Below are positions 9,585 through 19,448 of a DNA stretch of 64,000 nt, one piece after another. Source of the DNA: Planctomycetota bacterium (lineage in GTDB: Bacteria; Planctomycetota; Planctomycetia; JALXBF01); contig JALXBF010000118.1 of NCBI GenBank assembly GCA_026991575.1, forward strand, positions 62,001 through 126,000, read 5' to 3'. The translations under genes were made by a program, and so were the position numbers. Below the pieces are notes generated by a model that worked only from the letters and a program-made list of their open reading frames with translations, was not told the DNA's origin and did no database searches. The number at the start of each line of letters is the position of its first letter. The first letter of the stretch is position 1.

Positions 9585-10889
9585 CTACGGGTTCTTTCGC
9601 AAAAAGAGCCACACCCACCCGTGGTACTCGCGCGATCGGGGTAGTTGGGAGGAGATCTGCCGGTACTCGGTCAGCGTCTTCTGCAGCTGCTCTTGCAGCG
9701 TCGCCCGAGCCTGGGGGTCCTTGGCGCGGGCAAGCTGTCTGGCCAGTCGAGCATACTCGGCAAGCTTCTGCTGAGCTTTCTCGCGCAACGCAGCGACCCG
9801 CTCGGATTGCTCGCTGCTGAGGCTCTGCGGACCGGGCCGCCACGAGCAAAAGTCGCCCAGCAGAATGTCCAGCAAGCCATCGCCGTTGTAATCGGTGACG
9901 CAGATCTTTGCACGCATACCGTGGCGAGGCTTGTCGGGACGGTCGCTTGCCCCAGGGCCAATGATCTGACGGCCGGCAGCAAGCCGCGGTGACTCGCGGC
10001 TGCCGACGTTCTCAAAGAGCCACACGCTGCCGTTGCCTGCGCCGACGAGCAGATCCAGATCACCGTCACCGTCCCAGTCGGCCACGGCGGGACCGGCATC
10101 GCCGGAGGCGACTCTCAGAGGCTTGCCCTGGACCAGAAGCTTCTCTGCCGGACCGAACGCAGGCGCTTTCGGCGTACCTTCGTTGGGAACGAGCCAGACG
10201 TTGCCCCGAATGTCACCGACGATGAGATCGTAGTCCCCGTCACCGTCCCAGTCAGCCACACAAACAGCCGACGCGCAGCCAGTCCGCCCCACCGGGGTGC
10301 CGGCTGGAAACTCGTGACGCTGCCCGTTATAGATGACGACAGTCTTCTGGTCCGTTTGTTCGATCTCGGCATCACCAACCACAACCACCATGCGGCCTGA
10401 CTTGCGGATGCCGCCGCCAACGTTGATGACCCGACCGTCCTGATGCCTGAGCTTCTGTGGAGCGGCAAAATCACCGTTCGGCAGTCGCTTGAAGAAGTAG
10501 ATTTCACCGGGCCACGAGCCAGAGATCAGGTCCGTGAGACCGTCACCGTCCAGGTCCACTAACTGTGGACCAAAGCCGATGCATCACCCAGCAGGGACAC
10601 AGCCCTCCGGCTTGCCGTCTTTGAACAGCTTGCCGGGGCCGAAGCGGGGGGCATCGTTCGTACCGACGTTCTTGAAGATCCAAAGCTTACCGCCTCCGAA
10701 CTGGCCGACCAGCAGATCCCGGACTCCATCACCGTCGAAGTCGGCCAGTAGCGGTGCTGCATGGCCGACCTCAACATCGATCGGTTTCCCATCTGCTTCA
10801 ATGCGAACCGGTGGGTGGAACAGTTCATCAGCCCAGGCACCAGCCGTCAGCGCCGCAACAGCGGCAAGTACTGCAGAGCTTAGACGCAT
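9585..10889 (-). CDS. Secreted FG-GAP/VCBS-repeat protein, 434 aa, with in-frame UGA (putative selenocysteine 102, G-U-C)
   Basis: ORFs 10584..10907 and 9585..10559 share a frame and are separated only by TGA 10586-10584. Read-through gives CVPAG-U-CIGFGPQLVDLDGDG. Repeated DxDGDGxxDL motifs, signal peptide, GGAGG RBS, SECIS-like hairpin. Confidence 0.8.
10553..10571 (-). promoter_or_regulatory. Putative bacterial SECIS hairpin
   Basis: GGTCCAC-AGTTA-GTGGACC, a perfect 7-bp stem starting 12 nt after the in-frame TGA. Confidence 0.7.
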
Positions 10890-11803
10890 CGCTTGGCCTC
10901 CCGACAATCACCGAGGTGCAGTCGACGAACACGACCACCAGTATAGCGAATCGAACGGCCCAGCCGACGATGCCGTCGTCGGGGCGACGAAGGCACCTCC
11001 GCTGTCCCCGGTACATCGGCGTTGCCGGTCACGCACGTGCCGTCTCGGCCAGCTGGTCGGAGCAACGGAGCATTTGCCGAAGCGTTGCGCCATAAACACG
11101 CCGCTTTCTTGCATGCATTCTTCGGGGGGGGAATACGAAGGCACCATGACGAGGCGCGGGTAACGACCGCTCCCAGATACCGAGGGGGGTACGACCTGGG
11201 CCGATGGCGGCGCATCGGGGCTCGACTGGGCGGACAAACCCGTGGAAGGGCGTAACGGCCCACCTGGTGCGTTGAAGTACGACGCCCTTGCGTTCTGGCT
11301 TCTGGGCGGTGGTGCAGCACTGCCGAATTGTCACTGCCGGGCCATGATGCAGCGACGAGCGGTGACATGGTGTCGATCGATGAGTGGTCTCCGAGCCCAT
11401 CGTCTAGCTCACCGAGGACATCGCACTGCTGCTCCTGCTGCCAGGCACATCTTCCAACGGTGGCAGCCCAAGCGTGTCGTCAACCAAGGATGGTCATAGC
11501 GCGGCGTGGTGTGCATCCGGGGGCGGTGAGGTGGTGGACGCGGGTCTGTGGCATTACTTCGGCCGGTGTTCCAGGCGTCGTTGTCGCCGTCGTGGGGCGG
11601 GGAAGCCCGGGGCGGTACCGGACGGTGCCGAATCGCAGGAGCGATTGGCATGCCAGCTGGCCGAGGTCGCTTGCTGCGGCCTTGGTTGGGCGACCGTGTA
11701 CGCAGCGGCTGAACGGGCCCCAGGGGCCCGCCAGCCGGTTTGCATCGGCGAGGCGGCTCGCTAAGCTAGTAGACAGTGACGCGACCGTTTCAGGGAGAAC
11801 GCC

Positions 11804-12802
11804 ATGGCTGGAGCGAACCGAGCCGATCTGAGCCGTAGGTCATTTCTGAAGCTGTCTGGTACAGCGGCGGGGGCCCTGTGGTTGGCGAAGAGAACTGAGG
11901 GTGCCGATCCGAGGCCACAGCGGGTGCCGCAAACGGTGTTGGGGAGGACGGGACAGCAGGTTTCGCGGCTTGGCGTTGGCTGTGCTCCCCTGCAGCGGCC
12001 TCACGTGAAGCGTGAGGATATCGAGGAGCTGGTGGACCGGGCGCTGAGCCTCGGCGTGAACTACTTCGATGTCGCCCCGAATTACGGCAACCCGCAGATC
12101 GGCTTTTCCGAAGAGAAGCTGGGACCGGTGATCAAGCACGTGCGTGAAGAGATCTTCCTGGTGACGAAGACTGAGGAGCCGACCTACGAGGGCACGTGGC
12201 GCCTGCTGCGCCAGAGTCTCCGTCGTCTGCAGACCGATTACCTTGATCTGGTGCACCTGCACAACTTCGGCTACGAGCCGCGATTTAAGGACCTGGAGTT
12301 GGTTTTCAGCGATCGTGGTGCGCTCGGTGCGCTGCGTGAGGCGAAGCGGAAAGGAGTGATCCGTTTCATCGGTGCCAGCGGCCACCTGCATCCGTCCCGT
12401 TTCCACGCCGTCCTGGACACGGGCGAGATCGACGTGCTGATGAATGCCGTCAACTTCATCGTCTGCCACGTCTATGACTTCGAGCACAAGGTCTGGTCGC
12501 GGGCGCGGCGTGAGAATTTGGGGTTGGTCGCCATGAAGGTCCTGGGCGGTCGTGGTCGAGAAGGGGGCTTCAGGATACCGGAGCAGTTCTACGAGCAGGC
12601 GATCCGGTATGCGCTATCCATTCCTGGGGTGCACGTTGCGGTGATTGGGACGGAGAACGCTCGCGAGCTACAGGAGGCTGCCGACGTAGTCGCTGCCTTT
12701 CGGCCGCTCAGCCCGGAAGAGAAGCATCGGCTGCTGATGGAGGGGTTGCGGTTGGCCGCGACCCCGGCCTGGCGCACCGCATACGGAACGCCCACTCTGT
12801 AA
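11804..12802 (+). CDS. Tat-exported aldo/keto reductase
   Basis: Twin-arginine signal SRRSFLK; LGRTGQQVSRLGVG, GVNYFDVAPNYG, LVTK, DYLDLVHLH. Confidence 0.92.
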   Translation: MAGANRADLSRRSFLKLSGTAAGALWLAKRTEGADPRPQRVPQTVLGRTGQQVSRLGVGCAPLQRPHVKREDIEELVDRALSLGVNYFDVAPNYGNPQIGFSEEKLGPVIKHVREEIFLVTKTEEPTYEGTWRLLRQSLRRLQTDYLDLVHLHNFGYEPRFKDLELVFSDRGALGALREAKRKGVIRFIGASGHLHPSRFHAVLDTGEIDVLMNAVNFIVCHVYDFEHKVWSRARRENLGLVAMKVLGGRGREGGFRIPEQFYEQAIRYALSIPGVHVAVIGTENARELQEAADVVAAFRPLSPEEKHRLLMEGLRLAATPAWRTAYGTPTL

Positions 12803-12864
12803 TCTCTGCGGCGAGGCTGCCGCAGCACACCCTCCGCGAACCCGATGACCTGTCAGCGTGTGGA

Positions 12865-14157
12865 ATGTCGATGAGCGATCAGCCGAGACCCACCGACGAA
12901 CGGAAGAAGTGGTACGCAGGCGTTACAACCTACCATTGGATCGTGCTTGCCATCGCCTCAGCTGGCTGGGTGTTTGACGTCTTCGAAGGCCAGCTGTTCA
13001 ATCTAACCCGTGCCCAGATGCTTCCGGAAATCCTGGGCGTACCGCCTGAGCACGAGAAAGTGAAGTTTTTTGGCGACGTGATGCTGGCTGTGTTCCTGGT
13101 GGGGGGCACGGTGGGCGGGGTGCTGTTCGGGTCGCTCGCGGACCGAATCGGACGACGTCCAACGATGGTCATCACGATTCTGGTGTATTCGGTCTTCTCT
13201 GGACTGACGTACTTCGCGACCCATTGGGTCCACGTTGCCGTGCTCCGGTTCCTGGTGGCGATGGGCGTCGGCGGCGAATGGGCGGTTGCTGCCGCACTGG
13301 TGGCCGAAGTTTTCCCTGGCGGAGCGCGCGCGGTGGCCGGTGGCATCTTTCACGCCAGCAGCGTATTGGGCACCTGGGGCGCATCGGTCGTGGCGCTGGC
13401 AGTGGGGGCGAACTGGCGGTACGCCTACCTGATCGGCATTGCCCCGGCGCTGCTGACGCTCTTGGTACGCTGGCTGGTGCGGGAGTCGGAGATGTGGCAG
13501 GAATCGGTGGATGAGGGGGAGAGTACGGGCAGTGTCCGTGAGTTGCTGGCCAGCTCTCCGTGGCGCCTGCGTGCCATCTGCGCCATGCTCCTGGCGGCCG
13601 TTGGCCTGGCAACCTTCTGGGGGATCACGGTTGCCGGTCAGGACCTGGCGCGCGAGCGGCTGATTGCCGAGGGCGTGAGTCCTGAGGTCGCGGCAGAGCG
13701 GGCCAAGTTTGCCTACGGCTGGATCCAGACCCTCGGAGGCGGTCTGGGATTGATTGCATTTGCACCGTTTGCGAATCGCTTTGGGCGCCGTCGTGCCTTT
13801 GTGCTCTTTCACCTCGGGGCCGTTGCATCCGTGCTTGCCGTCTGCTATTTGCCGCGTAGTTACAACCAGCTTCTCGTGCTGCTGCCGATCTTCGGGTTTC
13901 TGACGCTGGGCATGCACGCCGGCTATGCGATCTATTTCCCGGAGCTTTTTCCCACGCGGCTACGTGCCACGGGAACAAGCTTCGGCTTCAACGTGGGCCG
14001 GTTGGTAGCAGCGCCGATGCTATGGGTATCCGGTCATCTCAAAGGAACGCTGGGACTGCCCAAGGCCCTGCTGCTGCTGTCGCTGCTGTACATCGTCGGC
14101 CTGCTTGCGTTACTACCGTTGCCGGAGACCCGCGGGCGTGAGTTGATCCAGCGGTGA
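12865..14157 (+). CDS. MFS transporter
   Basis: About 12 TM helices; GSLADRIGRRP, GVGGEW, PELFPTRLRATG. Confidence 0.93.
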   Translation: MSMSDQPRPTDERKKWYAGVTTYHWIVLAIASAGWVFDVFEGQLFNLTRAQMLPEILGVPPEHEKVKFFGDVMLAVFLVGGTVGGVLFGSLADRIGRRPTMVITILVYSVFSGLTYFATHWVHVAVLRFLVAMGVGGEWAVAAALVAEVFPGGARAVAGGIFHASSVLGTWGASVVALAVGANWRYAYLIGIAPALLTLLVRWLVRESEMWQESVDEGESTGSVRELLASSPWRLRAICAMLLAAVGLATFWGITVAGQDLARERLIAEGVSPEVAAERAKFAYGWIQTLGGGLGLIAFAPFANRFGRRRAFVLFHLGAVASVLAVCYLPRSYNQLLVLLPIFGFLTLGMHAGYAIYFPELFPTRLRATGTSFGFNVGRLVAAPMLWVSGHLKGTLGLPKALLLLSLLYIVGLLALLPLPETRGRELIQR

Positions 14158-14159
14158 GC

Positions 14160-15083
14160 TCAGTCGGCGAACGCGAACCGGATGATGGCCCACAGGGCTG
14201 GGAAGGCGTCCTTCCACGAGATCTTCTTGCCCTCGCTATAGTCACGGCCTGAGTAGCTGATGGGCATCTCGTACACACGCAACCGCCGACGTGCAACCTT
14301 GGCGGTCAGCTCCGGTTCGATCCCGAAACGATTCGACTTCAGCGTGGGCGCGATCTCCTGAATCACTTCCCGTCGGAACACTTTGTAGCAGGTTTCCATG
14401 TCGGTTAGGTTCAGATTGGTGAACATATTCGAGATGGTCGTCAGGACCTTGTTGCCCACATAATGCCAGAAGAACAGCACGCGATGGGTCTCGCCAATGA
14501 ACCGGGAACCGTACACAACGTCGGCGCGACCATCAAGAATGGGCTGAATCAGCAGTGGGTACTCTTCCGGGTTGTACTCGAGGTCCGCATCCTGCACGAC
14601 CACGATGTCGCCGGTAACCTTCTGGAAGCCGGTCTTCAGGGCGGCTCCCTTGCCCCGGTTCACCTCGTGGTAGTAGACGCGGAGCTCATTGAGCACGCCG
14701 CGATCATCGACCTCACTGCCACGTTCCTCGGCCCAGGCGCGGTGTTCCCGTTCGATTTCCCGAAGTAGCTCCCGGGTTCCGTCCGTGCTGCAGTCCTCGA
14801 CCACGACGATTTCCTTCGGGATCCGCACCTGACGCACCCGCTTCAGGATCTCCCGGATCGTATTCCTTTCGTTGTAGACGGGCATGACGACTGAGAGTTT
14901 GAAGTCGGGTGGATAGTCGATGAACAGCCCGAGCCTTCGGCATACCGCTTCGCCCAACAGCTCCCGCAGCGCGACGCGAAGCCGCTCCAGCTCCTCAGGC
15001 TCCAGCACTTCCACGGCCCGTGCCAAGGCCTCTTTTCTCTGTGCTGCTCCTGTCGTTTCGTTTCTTGTTTCGTGTCGGTCCAC
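14160..15083 (-). CDS. GT2 glycosyltransferase (DPM1-like)
   Basis: [41 protein letters not shown]. Start uncertain (GTG 15083 with GGAGG, or ATG 15134). Confidence 0.9.
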   Translation of the reverse strand: MDRHETRNETTGAAQRKEALARAVEVLEPEELERLRVALRELLGEAVCRRLGLFIDYPPDFKLSVVMPVYNERNTIREILKRVRQVRIPKEIVVVEDCSTDGTRELLREIEREHRAWAEERGSEVDDRGVLNELRVYYHEVNRGKGAALKTGFQKVTGDIVVVQDADLEYNPEEYPLLIQPILDGRADVVYGSRFIGETHRVLFFWHYVGNKVLTTISNMFTNLNLTDMETCYKVFRREVIQEIAPTLKSNRFGIEPELTAKVARRRLRVYEMPISYSGRDYSEGKKISWKDAFPALWAIIRFAFAD

Positions 15084-15185
15084 AGCCAAGCCTGACCTCC
15101 GCAACAGAGCTGTGCCTATGCCCGCGGAGTACACATGCGCGAGCGGATATCTTCCCTTGTTACGTAGAACAATTCGGTCGCGGTT

Positions 15186-16142
15186 TCAATGCCAACGTTC
15201 GCGTCGGAACCAAGCGGCGAAATGTCGGATGCCGTCCTCGATCGGTACCTTCGGCTCGTAGCCGAACCATTCCCGGGCTCGCGTGATGTCGGCACACGTG
15301 ATCGGCATTTCGCCCAGCTGTGCCGGCAACTCCTCCACCTGTGCCCTCTTGCCCAGAGCTTCCTCCAGGAGCCCGACGATACGCCGGATTTCGACCGGGC
15401 GGTGGTTGCCCAGGTTTACCTCCGTACCCACTCGATCGCTCCGCCAGGCAGCGACCGTGCCATCGATGATATCGTCGATGTACGTGAAATCACGCCGGGC
15501 CCGCCCACCGGCAAAGAGCGGTAACGGGCGGCCGTCACGGATTGCGGACGCGAAGATGTGCATGGCGAGGTCCGGGCGAAGTCGTGGGCCGTAGACACTG
15601 AAGTAGCGCAGACTCAACGTGGGCAGGCCGTAAAGCTGGTGATACAGCCTGCAGAGGTGTTCGGTAGTTCGTTTGGTCACGCCGTACGGGCTGGCCGGGA
15701 CGCTGCCGAGCCGGTCCTCACGGAAAGGAGCCTGTGCATCGGCGCCATAGACCGTGGAGGAAGAGGCTGAAATGAACCGCCGGCAGCCCACGTCGCGTGC
15801 CACTTCTAGCAGCGTCAGGGTGCCGGTAATGTTGACGTCCACATACCGGAACGGCTCCCGGATGCTGGGCCGAACGCCCGCGTGGGCCGCCAGATGAATG
15901 ATGTCGGTAACCGCGTACCGACGGCATACGTTCCGCAGCAGGTTGGCGTCCCGAATGTCGCCTTCCACGAGCACGAAACGGTCGTGACCGACCACGCCCC
16001 GTAGGTTCTCACGCTTCCAGCGCGGGTCGTAGAAGTCGTTGAAGTTATCCAGACAGACGACCGTCTCCTCAGTATCCCGGAGCAGGCGTTCCACAAGGTG
16101 GCTACCGATGAAGCCGGCGCCTCCCGTTACCAGAATGCTCAT
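15186..16142 (-). CDS. NAD-dependent nucleotide-sugar epimerase (UDP-glucuronate 4-epimerase-like)
   Basis: ILVTGGAGFIGSH, HLAAHAGVRPSI, SPYGVTK, YGPRLRPDLA. Confidence 0.9.
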   Translation of the reverse strand: MSILVTGGAGFIGSHLVERLLRDTEETVVCLDNFNDFYDPRWKRENLRGVVGHDRFVLVEGDIRDANLLRNVCRRYAVTDIIHLAAHAGVRPSIREPFRYVDVNITGTLTLLEVARDVGCRRFISASSSTVYGADAQAPFREDRLGSVPASPYGVTKRTTEHLCRLYHQLYGLPTLSLRYFSVYGPRLRPDLAMHIFASAIRDGRPLPLFAGGRARRDFTYIDDIIDGTVAAWRSDRVGTEVNLGNHRPVEIRRIVGLLEEALGKRAQVEELPAQLGEMPITCADITRAREWFGYEPKVPIEDGIRHFAAWFRRERWH

Positions 16143-16172
16143 GGCACCTCGTCCTTACCCCTCGCTACCAGC

Positions 16173-16901
16173 TCACTTGCGCTTGGCGACAATCAGACCC
16201 ACCATACCGGCCAGCCCCAGGCCGGCGATCAGCACCACGGCGCGTACCGCTTCGCCCGCGTTGATCTTTGACTGCCCGTATCTGCGATCGCGGAACACGA
16301 TGGGCACCTCGCGGAAAAGTGCCCCGGTTAGCCTGAGCCGAAACAGGATCTCCTCCTGAAAAGAGTAGCCCCGAGACCAGATGTCAGCCCAGTCCAGCAG
16401 CCGCAGGACGTCGCTGCGGTACAGGCGGTAGGCGCCGCTGATGTCGCGGACCGTCAGGCCAAGCCATAACCGGCCGTAGGTGTTGATGAGCAAGCTCATG
16501 AGCTGCCGGTGCCAGGGCCAGTTCACGACGCCTCCGCCGTGCGTGTATCGCGATCCGATGGCGACGTCTGCTCCGGCGGCGAACGCACGCAGCAGGCCAG
16601 GGAGATAGCAGGGATCGTGGCTGAAGTCCGCGTCCATCACGATCACGGCCTCGGCACCCCACTGCAAACCGGCCTTGAGCCCCGCGATCGTGGCAGTTCC
16701 CAGCCCGAGCTTCCCGGGACGGTGCAGCACGTGAACGCGGCTACACTCGGCGGCGAGCCGCTCTGCGATCTGGCCGGTTCCGTCCGGCGAGTTATCGTCG
16801 ATGACGAGCACGTGGAGGCGGTCGTCGGCGGCCAGCACCTGCCGTACCAGCGGCTCGATATTCTCCCGCTCGTTGTACGTCGGAATCACAACGAGGATCA
16901 T
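16173..16901 (-). CDS. Polyprenol monophosphomannose synthase-like GT2
   Basis: IPTYNERENI, DDNSPDGT, RPGKLGLGTA, MDADFSHDP, GYSFQEE. Confidence 0.9.
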   Translation of the reverse strand: MILVVIPTYNERENIEPLVRQVLAADDRLHVLVIDDNSPDGTGQIAERLAAECSRVHVLHRPGKLGLGTATIAGLKAGLQWGAEAVIVMDADFSHDPCYLPGLLRAFAAGADVAIGSRYTHGGGVVNWPWHRQLMSLLINTYGRLWLGLTVRDISGAYRLYRSDVLRLLDWADIWSRGYSFQEEILFRLRLTGALFREVPIVFRDRRYGQSKINAGEAVRAVVLIAGLGLAGMVGLIVAKRK

Positions 16902-17038
16902 CAGCGCAGCCGAATTATCGGAGCACGGGGATCGACGGCTCTGCTGGGCGTTGGCCCAACGGGTAGGGGCCCCATCGACTTGCTGCAGTCGCGGTTCGGC
17001 CGGTGCTGCGGCAGACGCTCCGAGCCAGCTCCCTACGG

Positions 17039-18001
17039 TTATCCTGACTGGGCGATCGGTTTGCCGTAAATGGTTGCGTAGTAAGCGACCGTGCGACGGA
17101 GCCCCTCTTCGAACGGCACGACGACATCGTAGCCGAGCTCGCGTCGCGCCCGTTCGATGTCCGCCTGGCTGTGTCGGACGTCACCCGGCCGCGGCGGACC
17201 GTGTACCGGTTCTACGTCCACGCCGATGATCCGTTTCAGGGCCTCGACGAGTTCCAGCAGGTTAATGCGCGAGCCGGTCGCTACGTTGTATACTCTGCCC
17301 GCAACGTGGTCACCGGCGCGGGCTGCCAGCAGGTTGGCGTGGACGACGTTGTCGATGTAGGTGAAGTCGCGCGACTGCCGGCCGTCGCCGTGGATCGTCG
17401 GTGGTTCGCCGTGGAGCAGGGCACGGATGAACAGTGGGATGACGGCCGAGTACGGGCTGTTTGGATCCTGGCGCGGGCCGAACACGTTGAAGTAGCGGAG
17501 CCGGACGGTCTGCAGGCCATAAACCTCGTAGAACGCCGCGCAGTAGTGTTCGCCGGCCAACTTGGCAGCGGCGTAAGGCGACAGAGGGTTCAATGGGGCA
17601 TCTTCGCGGATCGGTAGCCGGTCGCTGCCACCGTAAGCGCTGGAGCTGGCCGCATACACAAAACGGCGCACGCCCGCATCGCGCGCCGCCAGCAGTGTGC
17701 AAAGCGTGCCCGTGACGCAGGCCTCATGAGTAGCCTCCGGATCATCCACACTACGTGCCACCGAAGCCAGCGCAGCCTGATGAAAGACAATCTCCACACC
17801 GCGGCACGCCTCGGCGATGAACGAACGGTCGGCTACTGATCCCTGGCGAAAATCGATCCGATCGAGCACGTCGTGCAGGTTATCCAGGCTCCCGGTGCTG
17901 AGGTCGTCGACAACCACAACCTCCGCGCCCTGCTCGACAAGCTTTCGCACAAGATGGGATCCGATGAAGCCGGCACCACCCGTAACTAGGATCCTGCTCA
18001 C
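17039..18001 (-). CDS. SDR family UDP-GlcNAc/UDP-glucose 4-epimerase (WbpP-like)
   Basis: LVTGGAGFIGSH, HQAALASVARS, SPYAAAK, RYFNVFGPRQDPNSPYSAVIP. Confidence 0.92.
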   Translation of the reverse strand: MSRILVTGGAGFIGSHLVRKLVEQGAEVVVVDDLSTGSLDNLHDVLDRIDFRQGSVADRSFIAEACRGVEIVFHQAALASVARSVDDPEATHEACVTGTLCTLLAARDAGVRRFVYAASSSAYGGSDRLPIREDAPLNPLSPYAAAKLAGEHYCAAFYEVYGLQTVRLRYFNVFGPRQDPNSPYSAVIPLFIRALLHGEPPTIHGDGRQSRDFTYIDNVVHANLLAARAGDHVAGRVYNVATGSRINLLELVEALKRIIGVDVEPVHGPPRPGDVRHSQADIERARRELGYDVVVPFEEGLRRTVAYYATIYGKPIAQSG

Positions 18002-18247
18002 CGCTTTGCACCTTTCCTCTGGTACCGTCTGTGCGTCACATGGGACCATCTGTGGGCTACACTTCGCCGAAGGTAGGCTCTCTTTAGCATAGCATGCGTG
18101 TGCCCGCTCACCGTGTGTGGCAACCTACGACCGGGGGGGGCGATGCCCCCGTCCTCGGCTACCTCGTCAGCAGCAGGCTCCCGTCTCCTGGACCGCCGGC
18201 CGAAGCCGCGGCGCTTGAGTACAGTGGCACAGCCCTGAGTCGCGGGA

Positions 18248-19237
18248 CTAGCCCGTCGGAGGCGGCACGACCACCTCGGGGCGGCACCGGCCTGCGAGCA
18301 CGTCGATGATGTTCCACGCGGCACCGACGGCCATCAGATAGAGGGCATCTTCGTCGATCCCGGCCACGTGGGGCGATAGCACCACGGTATCAAACTGCAG
18401 TAGGGGGCTGTCTTCTGCAGGGGGCTCCTGGACGAACACGTCCAGCCCGGCACCGGCCACGTGGCCGTCGCGCAGAGCCTCGACCAGGTCCTCTTCCACG
18501 ATCAGGCCGCCGCGGGCAGTATTGATCAGAATCACGCCGCGCTTCATCTTGGCCAGTGTATGGCGGTTGATCATTCCGGAAGTTGCCTCAGTCAATGGCG
18601 TGTGCAGGCTGATGAAGTCAGCTTCGGCCAGCAGTTCGTCCAGTTCGACCAGGGCCACAGAAAGCCGGCGGGCGGCTGATCGGTTCGGGAAGGTGTCATA
18701 GGCGATCGTCCGCAATCCGAACGCGGCCGCTCGCTCGGCCACCGCCTGCCCGATTCGACCGAAGCCGATCAGCCCCAACGTACGACCGCGCAGTGCGGTC
18801 AGCGGTTCCCGGCTCCAACGTCCGGTCCGTACCTCACGGTCACGCCGCACAACCTGCCGCGCCACGGCCAGCAGCAAGGCGAACGTGTGTTCGGCGACTG
18901 CTTCATGGTTCGTGTTCGGCGTAATCGTGACCGTGATGCCACGCTCAGCGGCGGCGGCTACGTCGACGGAGTCGCTGCCCACGCCGGCGCGAGAGATGAC
19001 CCTCAGGCCGGCCGCCCGCTCGATGACGCGTCGCGTGTACGGCTCACCCCCGGCAATCACCGCTACGATGCGATCATCTGCCAGCCATTCGATCAAGTCC
19101 TCCTCGGTGGCTGCCTCGACGAAGCGTGGTGGAAAAACCGGCTGTAGCCCGTGGCGCATCAGGAGGTGGTAGTAGTCGGTCTTTTGCTCGTAGAGCGGCG
19201 GGCTGACCACAAGCACCCGGTTTGCGTCGGTTGGCAT
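18248..19237 (-). CDS. D-isomer-specific 2-hydroxyacid dehydrogenase (phosphoglycerate dehydrogenase-like)
   Basis: GLIGFGRIG, INTARGG, GAGLDVFVQEP, SPHVAG. ATG 19237 has an AGGAG RBS. Confidence 0.9.
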   Translation of the reverse strand: MPTDANRVLVVSPPLYEQKTDYYHLLMRHGLQPVFPPRFVEAATEEDLIEWLADDRIVAVIAGGEPYTRRVIERAAGLRVISRAGVGSDSVDVAAAAERGITVTITPNTNHEAVAEHTFALLLAVARQVVRRDREVRTGRWSREPLTALRGRTLGLIGFGRIGQAVAERAAAFGLRTIAYDTFPNRSAARRLSVALVELDELLAEADFISLHTPLTEATSGMINRHTLAKMKRGVILINTARGGLIVEEDLVEALRDGHVAGAGLDVFVQEPPAEDSPLLQFDTVVLSPHVAGIDEDALYLMAVGAAWNIIDVLAGRCRPEVVVPPPTG

Positions 19238-19448
19238 GAGCTTTCTCCTGGAGCACAAGCAGGCAACATCGCGCGATTCTACCGGCGAGGCCGGCGACGC
19301 TAAAGCTGCGGCGCGTACGCGATCGATCAATGGTAGTAGCTGGTGACGGCAGCCGAGCCGCCGGTGGCCAATGCTGACGGCGGTCTACTGGCGCACTGGC
19401 CTGTGTCGGGCCGGTTTCGGTTCCGGGTAAGGCGTAGGAGATGCGGGA

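Noticed and set aside
9585..10907. Two separate FG-GAP genes as in the ORF track, or a nonsense pseudogene
   Set aside because: The ORFs share a frame, the second has no RBS and its GTG lies inside a hairpin, the TGA is adjacent to Cys, and no other lesions are visible. Read-through is more parsimonious, though unproven.
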